Virus record (IMG/VR): IMGVR_UViG_3300050034_000334
DNA: 64,000 nt
Source of the DNA: a virus
Lineage: Duplodnaviria; Caudoviricetes
Direction: 5' to 3' (one strand)
Under the pieces are notes generated by a model that was given only the letters and a program-made list of their open reading frames with translations, had not been told where the DNA came from and made no database searches. The translations under genes and the position numbers were made by a program. This document shows, one piece after another, positions 44,586-54,843 of this stretch (position 1 is its first letter; each line of letters starts with the position of its first letter).

Positions 44586-45530
44586 ATGGGAAAGACCTGG
44601 AAGTGGAGCAAGCCAGAGGAGTACGTGGGAAATGACTTGTGTAACTATGGATGTGAACAGCTAGCTCATTGGAAGATGAAGAACGGAAGATTGTGTTGTA
44701 GTTCTCACAATTCTCAGTGTCCGATTGTTCGACATAACCGGCCTCAATCTCAGATGATGAAGAGTACTGAGGGGCAAAAGAAGCTACAAGATCAGAGGAT
44801 GATGAAAACAGGATTTGCAACTCCCTTTGAAGACCCTGCTTTTCTGAGTAGGTGTAATAGGATTGCTCATGACCGATATGGGGTTGAGAACGTGTTTCAA
44901 GCTGATGCAGTGAAGGCAAAAAGTAGAAGTACACTCGTACAACGCTATGGGAAATCAAACATCTCTCAAGTGTCTGGTATTCAAGAGAAGAAAAATGCTT
45001 CTTGCTTGAAGAACTACGGGGTCTTAAATCCTCAGCAGTCTCCAGAAGTAAAGCAAAAGGTACAGGCCACCTGTCTAAAAAGGTATGGGGTTCCTCATCC
45101 GTTGCAAAACCTGGACATAGCTCGAAAGGTTCTAAACCATGGTTTCCAGAGAACGACCTACTACTTGCCGTCTGGGAAGTCAGTCGTTTTGTCAGGATAC
45201 GAGCCATTTGTCCTAGATGAACTTCTGCTTCAAGGTTTCTCTGAAAGAGATTTCGATTTTGAACTCAATCTACCTGAAATTCGTTACTTGGCTTCTGATG
45301 GCAAGATGAGAAGATACTATCCTGACTTTTACATTCCACGTCTCAACTGGATCATTGAAGTGAAGAGTATCTACACGTATTTCAAGGAAAGAAGGGATGT
45401 CCTGGCAAAGATGAAGGCATGCAAAGATTTGGGATATGCCTACAACCTGCTCATTCGGGTAATCCATCCAAAACTCGTGTTACAACAGGTATTACGTCAC
45501 CCGAACGGATCACTTCGATCCGGCTGTTGA
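44586..45530 (+). CDS. Putative homing endonuclease (paralogue of 42656..43447) inserted antisense within the ligase
   Basis: RBS GGTGAGGAG; CNYGC; KRYGV repeats; RYYPDFYIPRLNWIIEVK; reads on antisense into the ligase N-half. Confidence 0.8.
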   Translation: MGKTWKWSKPEEYVGNDLCNYGCEQLAHWKMKNGRLCCSSHNSQCPIVRHNRPQSQMMKSTEGQKKLQDQRMMKTGFATPFEDPAFLSRCNRIAHDRYGVENVFQADAVKAKSRSTLVQRYGKSNISQVSGIQEKKNASCLKNYGVLNPQQSPEVKQKVQATCLKRYGVPHPLQNLDIARKVLNHGFQRTTYYLPSGKSVVLSGYEPFVLDELLLQGFSERDFDFELNLPEIRYLASDGKMRRYYPDFYIPRLNWIIEVKSIYTYFKERRDVLAKMKACKDLGYAYNLLIRVIHPKLVLQQVLRHPNGSLRSGC

Positions 45531-46623
45531 TCTTTAAGCCCAGATTTCGGATCCAGGTGATGTTGTTCAAGTTGACCCTTGTTATTGTAGCTCCAGCCAG
45601 TACAATGGGGTCTACAATTCCTACGGGAGTCAGCTTTCCGGTTCTTCCATTTGACCAAATCACTTCTCTCAAGTGAGTGATTCCTTTGGCGTTCTGCGGC
45701 TTGAAGCAGACCTGATAGTTGGTGGTGTTCGAACTCACACCCAGGCTGGAGCGAAGCTGGTGGCTATCCACCTTGATGACCACGCCGTCGGCGATGATGT
45801 CGCTCTTCTCGTTTGCGGCCAGGATTTCGTCAACCTTTGGGATCACAAACGATTCACTGAAGACAACCTGACCCTCATACTTTGCAAATCCATAATTGAA
45901 GAGCATGAGCATCCGGCGATAGGAGGAATCGGGGAGTGATACATCCTGCTCGGGAGAGTAGGCATCCCAGGGGATGAACTGAATGTCGCGGCTGGCCACA
46001 ACGCTCAGGTCCTTCTGCTTCATGGTGCCGGCAGTAAGGTTGCGTGTGGACATGTAAGGCTTGCCACCCTTGGCAATCACTTCCGCATTGATGCGGTCGA
46101 GTTCGGTCTTGGACATGACCAGTTCGCCACGGACGTGAAGGTTGTCCACTTCCGGCTGGTTCATGTACGCTTCGATAACCTTGAGAGTAGATGGGACATT
46201 CTTCAGTGCGCGGACCTGAGCGGTCATATCTTCGCCAGAGTCGCCATCGCCACGAGTCAGGGCCATCGTGAGTTCCAAAGGCTGACCGGGTGCGCTCATG
46301 TGATAGCGAAGTTCGCAGCTGATGCCGTCGCGCTTGGGCTCGATAAGAGCCGTGAATCCGCCGGTGCACTTGTCGATGAAGAACTTGCGGATCTCATCCT
46401 TGGTGTAGAAGTTCTCGATGCTGAGCATCGGACGAACGTGAGCAACGCGACCGCTTGTGCTCTTCGTATCACCCACAACCTTGAGGATGGGAGCGTTTGG
46501 ATCGAGTGCCTTGAGTTCGGCTTCTTTGGAATCGTACTCGGCATCCGTCATGGTGGGATTGCCAGTGTAATAAGCATCCCGTGCTTTGACGAGTAGATCG
46601 TTAAGGTCTTGTGCTAAGCTCAT
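45451..46623 (-). CDS. ligA: NAD-dependent DNA ligase, N-terminal half (Ia, adenylation and OB domains)
   Basis: DAYY...TDAEYD; motif I EPKRDG; RGDG..GED.T; VRGE; RN..AG; DGVVIK; GRTGKLTP; IRSGDVIP. Confidence 0.92.
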   Translation of the reverse strand: MSLAQDLNDLLVKARDAYYTGNPTMTDAEYDSKEAELKALDPNAPILKVVGDTKSTSGRVAHVRPMLSIENFYTKDEIRKFFIDKCTGGFTALIEPKRDGISCELRYHMSAPGQPLELTMALTRGDGDSGEDMTAQVRALKNVPSTLKVIEAYMNQPEVDNLHVRGELVMSKTELDRINAEVIAKGGKPYMSTRNLTAGTMKQKDLSVVASRDIQFIPWDAYSPEQDVSLPDSSYRRMLMLFNYGFAKYEGQVVFSESFVIPKVDEILAANEKSDIIADGVVIKVDSHQLRSSLGVSSNTTNYQVCFKPQNAKGITHLREVIWSNGRTGKLTPVGIVDPIVLAGATITRVNLNNITWIRNLGLKINSRIEVIRSGDVIPVVTRVLDGLPE

Positions 46624-47070
46624 AGTATTCTCTACCTCAAAAGTTGGAGGATCGGTTACTCCGGCGGTAATAACTGCTTCGACGGAAACTACTGGAGTGC
46701 CATCAGGATACTGATGTGGTTGTCTTCTTGTCCAAACATAATCCGAAGTGAAGAAGTAATCTTCATCCTCTAATTTGTCTAGCTCGCCGGCAATTTTCTC
46801 ACCAAGAGCAGAAGGCTTTTCAGGAGGCAAGTGGTGACCTGACATTGGGCCAAGAGTTTCTGTCTCAACAGGACTGTAAGAGACTTCCCCAGCACACACA
46901 TTCACCAGCTGGGCATTCGTCTCCGATGTGGTGATTGCGGCTTCCACTTCCGCGAATGGGACCATCACGATCACTTCTGGGTTCTGGAGAACTTTCTCAG
47001 CATGTTGAGTTACGATCTGCTCGTTGGTTTCAGCAGAAGAGGTATTGGGGACAAACTTGACTTTGGTCAT
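46624..47070 (-). CDS. Acidic hypothetical ORF in frame with, and unseparated from, the ligase N-half
   Basis: RBS before 47070; no stop before 46623; the internal promoter argues for a separate ligase start. Confidence 0.45.
46631..46658 (-). promoter_or_regulatory. Phage promoter motif TAACCG-N16-GGTAGA for the ligase N-half
   Basis: Exact motif match; ATG at 46623 is 7 nt downstream. Confidence 0.8.
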
Positions 47071-47351
47071 CGTCTCCCTCTCGTGATCGAGTCTCTTCGA
47101 TACTGCCCTTCTGGCACCGCACCATTCTCGATTCCGACTGACATTATCTCCTCATCGCTGAGAAGTTTCAGGATGATTCCCAACTTGTCATCGAACTTGA
47201 TGGCGATGTTGTTTCCTGCCATCTGTTCAATCTCTTTGGGCGATATTGTGATGTCCTTGACGCCCATCTTCATCATCAGCAGAGCGCAGACCTTGTGCCA
47301 GTGATCATGCACTCCCTTGGTGGTGGGATGTTCAGGATTCATTTCCAACAT
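47067..47351 (-). CDS. Hypothetical phage protein
   Basis: RBS GGAG; ELNPNHP/HWHK-type motif. Confidence 0.65.
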   Translation of the reverse strand: MLEMNPEHPTTKGVHDHWHKVCALLMMKMGVKDITISPKEIEQMAGNNIAIKFDDKLGIILKLLSDEEIMSVGIENGAVPEGQYRRDSITRGRR

Positions 47352-47360
47352 GGTCTACTC

Positions 47361-47600
47361 CTACTTGGGATTCTTCCACCCAGGTTGACTTCTGATCTCG
47401 AGGATTTCTTCGATGGTGAGCGTGTTGGCCTCCAACCTTTCAATCCAGCCCTTTTGGGCACAATAGGCACGGTTGAAAGCATCCCTCTTCTTAAAGAACT
47501 CCAGCATCTCAGGATCACCAAATACCTGAAATCCGGTTGAAAGGACAACATTGGTACGCTCGAAGCTGGTAGAACCAGGTTCAGCGTCGTGAATATCCAC
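47361..47600 (-). CDS. Hypothetical phage protein
   Basis: ...LTIEEILEIRSQPGWKNPK. Confidence 0.6.
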   Translation of the reverse strand: MDIHDAEPGSTSFERTNVVLSTGFQVFGDPEMLEFFKKRDAFNRAYCAQKGWIERLEANTLTIEEILEIRSQPGWKNPK

Positions 47601-47772
47601 TATTTCGTCCTCGCTTTCGTGCAGTTGGGCTCATGCTCTTGACGGCAGTCATGTCGGTTGCAAACAAAGACTGTCGTACCCTTGTCGATGGTGCAGTCTG
47701 AACAAGCCCAGCAAGTTTGAGCTCGACAGACGACGCAAGGTCCATACTTGTATTCTTCTTCAGCGATCACAC

Positions 47773-48129
47773 TCACTTAATACTCCTCTTTTCTCCAAGA
47801 TTGCTGGTGTAGATGGCACCCTTCTCGGCTCCTGAATTGCTCTTGCTAGACTCACGACCTGACTCGTCTTCACGAGCCTCGATGATCGAACTGAGCGGTC
47901 CTGCACCCTGTCTACGCTGGGCACGGTTGAAGGCCATAGCTCCCCGGCGATCGGAAGTGATCTCGATCTCAACAAGGGAGGAGTTCTTGGAGGGATAAGC
48001 GACCTTGGCCATGAGCAGCGGAACATCTTCGCCGGCACAGTGAATGCAGTCGTTGATGTTGCCCGGCTTGGTGGGAGAAAGGATGAATTCCTCACCACAG
48101 GTGCGGCATACTCGTTTGGGCTGTTTCAT
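47773..48129 (-). CDS. Small Zn-ribbon hypothetical protein
   Basis: CRTCG...CIHC. Confidence 0.6.
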   Translation of the reverse strand: MKQPKRVCRTCGEEFILSPTKPGNINDCIHCAGEDVPLLMAKVAYPSKNSSLVEIEITSDRRGAMAFNRAQRRQGAGPLSSIIEAREDESGRESSKSNSGAEKGAIYTSNLGEKRSIK

Positions 48130-48378
48130 TTCTTGTACTCAAGGACTTCTTCAAAAGACTTGGTGCTTCCACGAACCATCTCGCCGTTGATCTTGAGAGT
48201 GTAGAACTTGAAAGTGGCCTTGTGCTCAAGGATCTGTGGAGCGAGTTTCTCATTGACCGTTATGCATTTGCCAGGGTCTTGTTCCGTGACAACTGCTGTG
48301 GGGCCATACTTCGCTTTGGCAATGGCGTTGGCTTCTGTAATGTTCATGCTTCCCTCCGATCCTCTCTACTGAATTTTT

Positions 48379-49083
48379 CTAGGGTTTGGCTATTATAGGG
48401 ACACACTCTGAACACATTGTCACTCCCCAGTCGTCATCCTTGGGTACCAGAAGGCCTCGAGGCATGAAATCATAGTTACCACAGATACAGCGTACAGCCC
48501 ATAGAGGACTGTTTCTTTCCCAGTACAGAGAAAGACCAACGACCGTCAGGTTTCCAAATATCTTGCCAGTGAGATCAGTTTTAACACTCACCGGAAGATT
48601 CTTCAAATCGCGCAAGGCAGGACGTTCGGTGCTCAGCTTCATCGGTCTCTGAATCATCATAATGCGTCGAGGTTCTTCCTCGATCTTCTTTGATTCAGCC
48701 TTGAATACAACCCAGTTCTTATTCTTGTCCTGTTCCATCTTCTTCTGACATTCGAGCTCTCTGGGAGTCAGAGGTTGATGCTGGCTCACCTTGTATCGAA
48801 CGATGTCGCTTCGTATCTCGAAGGGTGTCTTCCGATAGCTGGGTCTAGCCTCCTTACCCTCTTCGATGTATATGTCCGGGAGGGTAGCATATCTCTCAGG
48901 ATGATGGTAGTCTAGGACCTCTCCTGATGAATTGTAGCAGGGTTCAATCGAGGCAGCGCCGCATACTGGACAAGAGAACAGTCGACTCTCATAATCGTCT
49001 AGGATTTCATCCGGATCAGGCCAGCATCCCACATTGAGATGAAAGTATCGAAATCCTTTGCCCATACGCTCATGCTCAATCAC
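48379..49083 (-). CDS. Hypothetical protein with an AP2/homing-endonuclease-like DNA-binding tail
   Basis: DLTGKIFGNLTV...W..RC.CGN. Confidence 0.55.
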   Translation of the reverse strand: MIEHERMGKGFRYFHLNVGCWPDPDEILDDYESRLFSCPVCGAASIEPCYNSSGEVLDYHHPERYATLPDIYIEEGKEARPSYRKTPFEIRSDIVRYKVSQHQPLTPRELECQKKMEQDKNKNWVVFKAESKKIEEEPRRIMMIQRPMKLSTERPALRDLKNLPVSVKTDLTGKIFGNLTVVGLSLYWERNSPLWAVRCICGNYDFMPRGLLVPKDDDWGVTMCSECVPIIAKP

Positions 49084-49765
49084 GATGTCTGAACGACTTT
49101 TTCAAGTCGAACCCTGCTTTCAAGATTTTCTGAGTATTGCTGACAGTCACAGGAGGGTCGGCATCAGGCACCGGCTTCAAGGTGTTGCCCACGAAATAGG
49201 CCAGTTCTTGATACATCTGCGTGGCTGGAACCAAAGCTGGCATCCCAATGATCTTGAGGATGGGGCATTGACCATTGATACGAATCTTGGTCTTGAACTT
49301 GCCCCAGCGATGACTGACATCACTGATTACATATACCGGATGACCAATCTTGCGAGACAACTCGATCAGGAACTGGTTCTCCTTGGCAATCTCCACTCCG
49401 TATCCCTTGCGCCAGAAGTGACGCTTCTTGTCTTCTTCCTCGATGAGCTCAAGAGGAATCACACGATAGGAGTTGACGTCTTCCTCGAAGAATCCGGCCT
49501 TCTTCTGGATGATGTAGGCTTTGCCGGCGATGATCAGGTACTTCTGGCGGAGTTCCTGGTTGCGCATGTTGAAGTAATCCGGAGCCGTTAGTGGGCAGTC
49601 TCCGTCGATCTCGACAGTCAAATGAGTTTCGTGGACGCCTCCGAAGTTGGGGTCTCTGTCGAGAGGAGAGATTCTACCGCGAACATATACGATGGTGGGG
49701 TCACCCCCACCATACTGGTTCGCCACGAAATCATAGTAGTCCTTGAAAGGCGACTTGATGACCAT
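49076..49765 (-). CDS. Conserved hypothetical phage protein
   Basis: IKSPFKDYYD...; ...PA..MYQEL..F.G...K...GFD.K.SFRH. Confidence 0.7.
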   Translation of the reverse strand: MVIKSPFKDYYDFVANQYGGGDPTIVYVRGRISPLDRDPNFGGVHETHLTVEIDGDCPLTAPDYFNMRNQELRQKYLIIAGKAYIIQKKAGFFEEDVNSYRVIPLELIEEEDKKRHFWRKGYGVEIAKENQFLIELSRKIGHPVYVISDVSHRWGKFKTKIRINGQCPILKIIGMPALVPATQMYQELAYFVGNTLKPVPDADPPVTVSNTQKILKAGFDLKKSFRHRD

Positions 49766-49767
49766 GT

Positions 49768-49923
49768 TTACTCCGCGACGTTGTGTCCGGGCACCTTGTT
49801 GGACCCTGGGCATTTCTCGTCGATCACTTCACCATGATACCGGCTGGCATGCTCCACTACCTTGCCGTCAGACATTCTGACCTGAGCACCGCAATGCGAG
49901 CATTCACCCTTTTCAATTCTCAT
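49768..49923 (-). CDS. Small Zn-binding peptide (MRIEKGECSHCG...CPGS), probably leaderless
   Basis: ATG 7 nt after the promoter at 49931-49958; not in the ORF track. Confidence 0.55.
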   Translation of the reverse strand: MRIEKGECSHCGAQVRMSDGKVVEHASRYHGEVIDEKCPGSNKVPGHNVAE

Positions 49924-49930
49924 GATTCTC

Positions 49931-49958
49931 TCTACCAGAATCTAATCAAGATCGGTTA
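49931..49958 (-). promoter_or_regulatory. Phage promoter motif TAACCG-N16-GGTAGA
   Basis: Exact motif match. Confidence 0.8.
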
Positions 49959-50401
49959 GGATTCGTTCAGTTCACCCTCTGCGAGAAATCACAAATTCAG
50001 GGCCAGATTCGATGCCAATCACCGGGCCGAAAACTCTACGGAATGCATCGTGATCGCCGGTGGATATGTCGACTGATACCGAAATCTCCAGATCCCCTTC
50101 TGCGTCAATCAAAGCAGATATCTTGGATACAAATTCAGATGCTTTCATCATTTCCTCTTGACATTCCGCATCCTCCGAAATATGGACTCTCGTGGATGTT
50201 CCTCTTTTGGCTCTTTTGGTTCTGCCACATGAGGCATCTTGATGCGCCGCTCCTTGTTGCAGTCCGAATGATCAACAATTTCGGCTGGTTTGCCGAGAAA
50301 GTCTGGCATGAGAGGATCTTTCTTTCCCCACTTGATGACAACGTACAGATCAATTCCCGGACGTACAGGTTTTCCACACCAGTCACAAATCATGATTTCT
50401 C

Positions 50402-50899
50402 CTATGCCACCATCTTAACACATTCGGGACCAAACCCGTCGGCGATCGACTTGGGAACGGATAGCTTGCGACCGCAGCGTCCACAAACGCTCTCGTGCCA
50501 GACTTCGAGTTTCGCCGGCATTGTTGCTTCTGGATTCTGTACTGCCTGAACTGCTTTGATGAACCAAGAAAATGCTTTGAACGAATCAGCATTTTGGCTG
50601 ACCTGGCTGGCGCCAGTGTGAATCAGTCCATGAGTCTTGCGGATGATGCCGATGTAGCAGTAGTTCTTCTCGTTGTCAGGGCCATTCAGCAGCTTGACAA
50701 AGTAGACTGGCTCGACGACGTCCTTGAGACGTCCTTCGGCAACCGCCAGCTTGTTGGCTTCAATCTCTTGTTTGGAAACGCAGATCTTGTAAGTGAACCG
50801 AACCTGGGAGACCTTGAACAGCAAGGTGATGGTTGCGTGTCCGGCGTAGATGTAGTCCTCAACTGCTTGCTTGGTCGGGAGTATTCCACGGAAGTCCAT
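50402..50899 (-). CDS. DUF6011-like protein
   Basis: AGHATITL...RFTYKI...YFVKLL.GPDNE..Y.YIG...CGRCGRKL..P.SI..G.GPEC; ATG 7 nt after the promoter. Confidence 0.75.
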   Translation of the reverse strand: MDFRGILPTKQAVEDYIYAGHATITLLFKVSQVRFTYKICVSKQEIEANKLAVAEGRLKDVVEPVYFVKLLNGPDNEKNYCYIGIIRKTHGLIHTGASQVSQNADSFKAFSWFIKAVQAVQNPEATMPAKLEVWHESVCGRCGRKLSVPKSIADGFGPECVKMVA

Positions 50900-50906
50900 A
50901 CTCTCT

Positions 50907-50934
50907 TCTACTGGTCTGGAACTCGGATCGGTTA
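50907..50934 (-). promoter_or_regulatory. Phage promoter motif TAACCG-N16-AGTAGA
   Basis: Exact motif match; redefines the start of the track ORF 50402..50980. Confidence 0.8.
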
Positions 50935-51197
50935 GTTTACCCAGCCGCTTCCTGGAGGATGTTTTTGATTTCTTTCCCATATCGCAAGTGCAGCTTCTGC
51001 AGCCTCTCGCCGCGTCATGTCAGGCGGATCACCTTCATCTGATCCAGGAACAAAGCAGGCACATCTCTGTTCCTGATGTGCAACTGAACCGATGATACCA
51101 CGCATGCCACAGGCGCGATGCATGACCAGATCTCCATTATTGAAGGCCATAATCGCATCGCCTGGAATTACTTTCTCGTTACAATGAGGACAGTCCA

Positions 51198-51590
51198 TCA
51201 CACACCTTTCACTGCTTCTGTCAGAGCATGATACTTCGCCACGAAACGACGATACTCCTCTCGAGAGATGTACCTCATGCTCGTGAAGCAAGGATATCCA
51301 TTGATCGAGCGACTGAGAGCATCCGCCATCGGAGCGTAGATCATGCCAACATCCTTCCTCATCTCGTCCAGCTGCTTCTGTTCCATGAATCCCAAAGGCA
51401 GGAAGATGATTGTCATCAGGTTGGCATCGTGCTTATGGACGTGATCACTGGTGAAGATCTCGCCGCGAAAGGCCTGCAGCGCGAGGGCCTTAATCTCCTC
51501 GTCTGTCATCACTTTCTTCTTCGGCTTCCTCGTCGGCTTCAAGGGGAGATTCCCCTTCAAGTTCGTCGTCGAACTCGCTTCTGTAGTCAT
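51198..51590 (-). CDS. Hypothetical protein
   Basis: ORF with RBS AAGGATG. Confidence 0.6.
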   Translation of the reverse strand: MTTEASSTTNLKGNLPLKPTRKPKKKVMTDEEIKALALQAFRGEIFTSDHVHKHDANLMTIIFLPLGFMEQKQLDEMRKDVGMIYAPMADALSRSINGYPCFTSMRYISREEYRRFVAKYHALTEAVKGV

Positions 51591-52925
51591 CAGGCTGTTC
51601 CATCCTTCACCCCTACAATTTCGGCTGTGCGGAGAACTGCCCTCGCGGACAGAGGACCGTCGTACATTCCAATTTGGGACCAGACTACGAGCATCCGCTC
51701 ATAGACATATTCGATCTGCACGGTCGCATAGCGATATTCCCAGTATTCTGCAGGAGTCGTTCCTGGGCGCTGGAGATCGAGTTCATGGTCATGACGCTGA
51801 TCGAGAGTGTGCCGGAAATCCTTCATCGTTTCCAGTTCACGACAGATCTCAAATCCGTCTTTCCCACCGCGAATTCGTTCAGGCCGCGTCTCGTTCTTTT
51901 CGACTGACGCGAGGCCTTCAACTATGAGTTGTTCCTTGAACTCCTGAATGTTCATTGATTTCCTTCTCCCAGGCCTCTTGGCATTTTGCACAAACCTTGG
52001 CCAGAGGGTGTTTGGTGACCAGAGTTCTCACATCCCAGGACATCTCCCGACCACAGAGTGACGGAGTGTCTGCGCCGCCGCTCAGTTTCTTGCCTTTGGA
52101 GGTCAACCGGCGGATGTGCCAGGGACTCAGAGAACCGGCGGACCAGGCTTCACAGTAGCTGTGAGTCTCGAGATCTTCTGGCTTGAGGTACTCCTGATTT
52201 TCTGGAGGTAGCTCAAAATTCCACCACAGCCATCCGAAGACATATGGGTTTTCGATGGCGATTTGAACTGGCTTCCAGTACTTCATGGCTTGTGAGAATC
52301 CACGCTTGACTGTGATGTTGGGCAGGATCATAAATCTCCTTCAATGTCCGATGCGAACTTTCGTCTTTTGGAAAACGAGTAAACAACACCAGTAGTGAGC
52401 GAGAAACTTGAAATCGATCGGAAAGGAGTATAGGTGTCTGTAAATGTTGCCTCGTACACCTTCCACTTCCACCTTCCAAAGTCAATGGCAGTGCTTTGGC
52501 TTGCTTGCCAGCATGGCGACCACGCAGACGGAGTCGGCACATAGTACCCTGACGATGGTAGAATGGGATGAGGTCCGATATCGTGGCCCTTGGACATGCC
52601 TCCACCAAAGTAACCAGCTACGAGATACCTTTGCCATACACGCTTCTCCGCGCGATAGCCACCAGTGATGGGCGACTGCGAAAAATGCTCGTAGAAAGGA
52701 AATGTTGCAACACGCACTTCGGCACCAAGCAGCGGCGAGTGCTGTACATACATCCACCCAGGGATTTATAGGTTAAGTCGACGACGTGGGTTTTCTGGCC
52801 GCCGAATGAGACAAAGACGTTAAGGCCAGAGCCAGACGTTGCCGCTGGAACAACCTGTCCTGAGGCGGCCAAGGAACCACCGAATGCAAGCACGAAGAAG
52901 ACAGACTTCTTCAGAATGGACAGCA

Positions 52926-53357
52926 TTATTGGTACTCCGCTTCTGAGGAATACTGATCCTCTGCTCCAGTGTCGTTGCCGATGGGATTGGTGAATCCGTA
53001 CTTCACAGCCGTGGCCTTGAAGAGTGGCAGTCCATACTGAGGATAGTCGTCGAAGTCTTCAAGACCTTCTTCGAGGATCCAGTTCCACATGGACACGACG
53101 CTGTACATCAGCGAAGCTGAGATGCCGCGCCTGTTCAGGGCCTTCTCAAAACCGAAGTCGACATCCTTCTCAAGCTGAGCCAAGACGTTCTCGCGAGTGT
53201 AGTCAACAGGAACGTGCTTGCCGACAAACTCGTCCTTGAGTGTGACCCCAATGTCCTTGAGCTTATCCTCGGGGACGAACTGTGACAAACGAGACAGATC
53301 TCGACCATCGAGCGTCTCGGATTTGTAGCCTGTAATAACTTCTTCCAGTGACTTCAT
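52926..53357 (-). CDS. Conserved hypothetical phage protein
   Basis: LDGRDLSRL..F...TRENVLAQLEKDVDFGFEKALNRRGISA...YGLPLFKATAVKYGF. Confidence 0.7.
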   Translation of the reverse strand: MKSLEEVITGYKSETLDGRDLSRLSQFVPEDKLKDIGVTLKDEFVGKHVPVDYTRENVLAQLEKDVDFGFEKALNRRGISASLMYSVVSMWNWILEEGLEDFDDYPQYGLPLFKATAVKYGFTNPIGNDTGAEDQYSSEAEYQ

Positions 53358-53409
53358 TCTGCGTTCTCCTGGTTCGCTTCTTCTCGAACTCTGAAGAACT
53401 TCTACGAGC

Positions 53410-53673
53410 TCATTCCGGGAAACGGTTAAATATCACTCTCTTGGCAGTCTTTCCCACTCTAACAACAAAGACTGGATCCTCGTTCTTCCGCACTATTTCA
53501 CTTGTGTATCTGGATTCAGCAAATCCATCCACTCTGAGGGCACCGGCCTCAATCAACCGATGGGCAGCAGATCTCGAGGGTGCTAATCCAGCTTTGACCA
53601 GGACAGGAACCCAATCCACTACGAATGCTTCGAGTTCGACTTCTTCCTCAACTGGAGGATCTTCTTCGTTCAT
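53410..53673 (-). CDS. Stand-alone S4 RNA-binding domain (TyrRS C-terminal-like)
   Basis: LVKAGLAPSRSAAHRLIEAGALRVDG...VVRVGK. Confidence 0.7.
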   Translation of the reverse strand: MNEEDPPVEEEVELEAFVVDWVPVLVKAGLAPSRSAAHRLIEAGALRVDGFAESRYTSEIVRKNEDPVFVVRVGKTAKRVIFNRFPE

Positions 53674-53677
53674 CTCT

Positions 53678-54240
53678 TCACTTCCTGCATTCCGGTTGCA
53701 TACCACTTGCCCTCCTTGAGTTCGAAGAGGGACTTGCCACGCTTGCAATTGAGAGCCTTGCGAAGATCATCACCACTGGGAATTTCAGCGGGAACGAACT
53801 GTGCCTCGAGCTCCTTGAATGTGAATCCGTGCTCAGCATTCCAACCATGATTGATCCGGCCACTGATGTAGTCGAAGATCGTGGTGACCACTCATTGACT
53901 TCGTTGAATGTAGCTGGGAGGACGTCAGGATGCTTCTCACGAGCAACCTGCTTACGAATCTTGCCCAGTGCACCCTGATAGTGATGAGCCGGGTTCACGC
54001 ACTTGTCATTGCCACACTCGTTGTAGATGTTGGAGTCATTCGGATCCATCACCTGCCCAGTGAGATACCAGGCCAGCCGGGTAGCAGGCAGTCCCTTTCC
54101 CAGCCAGGGGATATGGGCGACCTTCTTGATCGTACCCTTCTTGCTGCGAGTGACTTCGAAGCGAACTTCCCAGCAGCCGTTGCCGGCCTCCTTGTTGATC
54201 TGCTCCCAGAACTCTTCAGCGATGATCTGTTTTCCGTCCG
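53678..54240 (-). pseudogene. Degenerate HNH-like (His-Me finger) gene with its 5' end replaced by the TnpB remnant
   Basis: Frame reads EEFWEQINKEAGNGCWE...RLAWYLTG...NECGNDKCVNPAH; upstream sequence is antisense TnpB. Confidence 0.55.
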
Positions 54241-54544
54241 TGATGGAAAAGCATTCGTCAAAGTGAGTCGATGGTTTCCGTCAAGTAAGGTTTGTTCTGA
54301 GTGTGGGTATCAAATGGGTAAAATGTCCTTGGATATTCGTTCATGGGTTTGTCCGTCTTGTTTGACACATCACGACCGCGATATAAACGCGGCAAGGAAT
54401 ATCCGGGACGAAGGTCTACGGATACTGGCGTCAGGGATTGGCGCTACTGCCAGTGGAGGCAACGTAAGACGGAAGTTGGGATGCAAATCCTCAGCTAACG
54501 CAGATGCCGTTGAAGCTGGAAGCTCATTGTTATGAGTAATTCAC
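54241..54544 (+). mobile_element. tnpB: IS200/IS605-family remnant: 3' end of tnpB plus right end
   Basis: VKVSRWFPSSKVCSECG...W.CPSC...HDRDINAARNI; terminal hairpin GCTCAT-TGTT-ATGAGT followed by TTCAC. Confidence 0.85.
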
Positions 54545-54843
54545 AGAGGAAATTTATATGCCAGTGACCATAGATCTTCATCAACTATCTTGAAATCCTT
54601 GAGAATCGCGCTCTCGTCGAGAAACTTGTGTTCCTTCAACCGATTGAACATCGGGAGGAATGCTTCGAGCAGGGGGAAGGCTTCTCTCTGAGGGATCAGC
54701 ACGAAGATTTCCTCGAAGAACGGTCCTTCGAGTCCAAACTGGGAGGATAGAGTAACCGAACGGATATGCACAGGGTTCGTAGTTGTGTATCTAAGCCGAA
54801 CTTTGACGAACCCTTTGCAGTCGGTCTCTAGTGAGTAAACCAA
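54541..54843 (-). CDS. Hypothetical protein
   Basis: ORF whose 3' end abuts the IS right end. Confidence 0.5.
   Translation of the reverse strand: MVYSLETDCKGFVKVRLRYTTTNPVHIRSVTLSSQFGLEGPFFEEIFVLIPQREAFPLLEAFLPMFNRLKEHKFLDESAILKDFKIVDEDLWSLAYKFPL

Noticed and set aside
12143-46369. Long antisense ORFs (e.g. 12143..12955, 17887..18768, 27094..27735, 33801..34448, 40371..41156)
   Set aside because: They are shadows of well-supported genes on the opposite strand, with no motifs or RBS.
45451-47070. A single 539-aa ligase with a 149-aa N-terminal extension
   Set aside because: A consensus promoter sits 7 nt above the ATG at 46623, where ligase homology begins; a fused form cannot be excluded but is not needed.
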